Below are positions 17,216-18,863 of a DNA stretch of 18,863 nt, one piece after another; within the stretch, counting starts at the first letter, position 1, and every line of letters starts with the position of its first letter. The translations under genes and the position numbers were made by a program. The notes under the pieces were generated by a model. The model was not told the DNA's origin, did not search any database, and saw only the letters and a list, made by a program, of their open reading frames with translations. This stretch comes from Promethearchaeota archaeon (GTDB taxonomy: Archaea; Asgardarchaeota; Lokiarchaeia; Sigyniarchaeales; SOKP01). The stretch is from positions 1-18,863 of the forward strand of contig JAHLWH010000051.1 of the NCBI GenBank assembly GCA_019058015.1, read 5' to 3'.

Positions 17216-17506
17216 CATTTTCTCTTTCTATTATGGTTATTTTAGCAATAAGTCAATTTTCTGAAAAAATTGCTTATTATCCATTATTCCTATAATTAGA
17301 ATATCAAATAAGGGAATAAAATTATTAACCATATTAAAAAACATAATTTATTTAATATCCAAATTCTAGTTAATAGGAAAAATATTTCTTTTTCATTCTA
17401 GTTAATCGTAAAAACTTACTTTTTTGGCAACAAACTATTTATACTTTGGTGAAAATAATAATAAAACCCAATTTAATTTTTGTATTTAATTATAAAAAAA
17501 AATCTA

Positions 17507-18863
17507 ATGATTTTAAAAATGTTAAAAATAAATTTAAGAGCGACTATAATAATATGCATCATAACGAGTTCTTTATGGGTATCTGCAGGTTTTTACATTA
17601 ATTCCGTTTATGCATCGACAGATATTGAAGATCCGCCGGGGGTACTAGGAGATTGGTATTGGGATTTTAATAAGGGAGATCTTATAATATTTAATGTAAC
17701 ATTGTCTGGAACACTTGATAATTCTTCATATGTTGCTATCTACAATATTTCCACAATTGATTGGCAAATTCTTAATAAAATGGCGCAAGATTATAATTGT
17801 TCTTGTGTAGACTTAACGCAGATGGTTTATAATTATGATCTTGAACAACTAGAAGAAACAATAGTTCCTCCTATAACATCTGTAGGATTTAATCATACGG
17901 CTACCCCTTCTCTTGATGAAAAATTATTCCCACTTGAGTTCATAGATGAGGATGGGAGCTACTCACCCTATTTACTTTTTATCCCCAAAAATGAATCCAA
18001 TGTAAATTTCAGTTGGGCTGGTATGAGAACATTTGAATATTACCAATGGACAGGTGATTATGATTCATATACTTGGAATGCCGCAACAAAATCACTCAAT
18101 TTTTCAGATTCAATTTCAGGAGAGTCCTATAATGCTACATATTTCGATAATGGAACATTTTCAGAAATTTATAAATATCTAGACTATGGGGGCGGGGATT
18201 ATGAAGAAACAAGAATCAAAAGAATTTGGGATTATATTATTCCTATAAATGAAAGTTTTGTTGATGACCTAGAATGGAGTGTGAATCCAGGTGATGTTCT
18301 ATATTTTGGGGATGCAGAAGATATAGGACCGTATCAATATTGTAAGGAATATAAATTTGATATTGTAGGATTTAAAAATAAGGTTTTACTATCACTAACT
18401 TTAGAACCAACTACATATCAACTTGTATTAGCCAATAAATCCATTTGGAATAATAATACTGAAACTTATGATTTGCAAGAAGTCAATACAACTATTGCAC
18501 GGGCAAATGAAATGGAGAAAGTTATACTGGGAGCATTTGGGATGGGTATAGGATTACTCACACCCCTTATTTTTCCTTTAGGAACGAATGGCACTGATTT
18601 CAAAAATACGCCATTTGGATCATATATCGATTCACCATATTTCGATCAAGAGATAATTGGAGAAAATATATATCATCTTTGGAATTCTACAAATGATAAC
18701 GTTTTAAATATAACATTAACTTCAGATAAAATTCTAAAATCGGTTATCTATAAATTCAGTATGATGGGAATGCAGTTTTTAGCATCAAAATTTAGGAAGA
18801 ACATAACTATTTTGACTTCAGGTCTTAATAGTGTTGATTTAGACACTGTTGGAACATTTAATA
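17507..18863 (+). CDS. 3'-truncated secreted/cell-surface glycoprotein (absent from the ORF track)
   Basis: Manual translation gives MILKMLKINLRATIIICIITSSLWVSAGFYINSVYASTDIEDPPG..., open to the window end (~452 codons). It has a signal-peptide-like N-terminus and many N-x-S/T sequons. An alternative start is ATG 17519. Confidence 0.85.
   Translation, partial: MILKMLKINLRATIIICIITSSLWVSAGFYINSVYASTDIEDPPGVLGDWYWDFNKGDLIIFNVTLSGTLDNSSYVAIYNISTIDWQILNKMAQDYNCSCVDLTQMVYNYDLEQLEETIVPPITSVGFNHTATPSLDEKLFPLEFIDEDGSYSPYLLFIPKNESNVNFSWAGMRTFEYYQWTGDYDSYTWNAATKSLNFSDSISGESYNATYFDNGTFSEIYKYLDYGGGDYEETRIKRIWDYIIPINESFVDDLEWSVNPGDVLYFGDAEDIGPYQYCKEYKFDIVGFKNKVLLSLTLEPTTYQLVLANKSIWNNNTETYDLQEVNTTIARANEMEKVILGAFGMGIGLLTPLIFPLGTNGTDFKNTPFGSYIDSPYFDQEIIGENIYHLWNSTNDNVLNITLTSDKILKSVIYKFSMMGMQFLASKFRKNITILTSGLNSVDLDTVGTFN

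Noticed and set aside
17170-18863. Integrated element at the tRNA-Leu 3' end
   Set aside because: No integrase, viral gene or duplicated tRNA 3' end is visible in the window. It cannot be excluded beyond the window edge.

Overview
AT-rich archaeal chromosomal window, most consistent with an Asgard archaeon (Lokiarchaeia/Promethearchaeota). This assignment is inferred from a stand-alone ubiquitin-like gene, a sepF-PUA pair, a BHB-type tRNA intron and Loki-style glycosylated surface proteins. From left to right it holds: the 3' part of a membrane-anchored surface protein with three ~90-aa tandem repeats; a long minus-strand run (beta-helix membrane protein, PlsC/LPLAT acyltransferase, Thr-type sulfatase-like enzyme, HEPN plus atypical partner, AlkD, GNAT, hexapeptide-repeat protein, HypB, RHH plus clan AA aspartic protease, type-2-like 4-hydroxybutyryl-CoA dehydratase); sepF and a PUA protein; a ubiquitin-like protein divergent from a wHTH/Zn-ribbon regulator; two tandem B12-dependent radical SAM enzymes; tRNA-Leu(UAA) with a 33-nt D-arm intron; and a secreted protein running off the 3' end that the ORF track misses. 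The best candidates for undescribed systems are the RHH-aspartic protease two-gene module, the HEPN pair lacking a canonical MNT, and the GG+1 ubiquitin-like locus. Several enzymes also show altered catalytic motifs. No CRISPR array, rRNA or transposase was seen. All family calls come from motif recognition by eye, not database searches.
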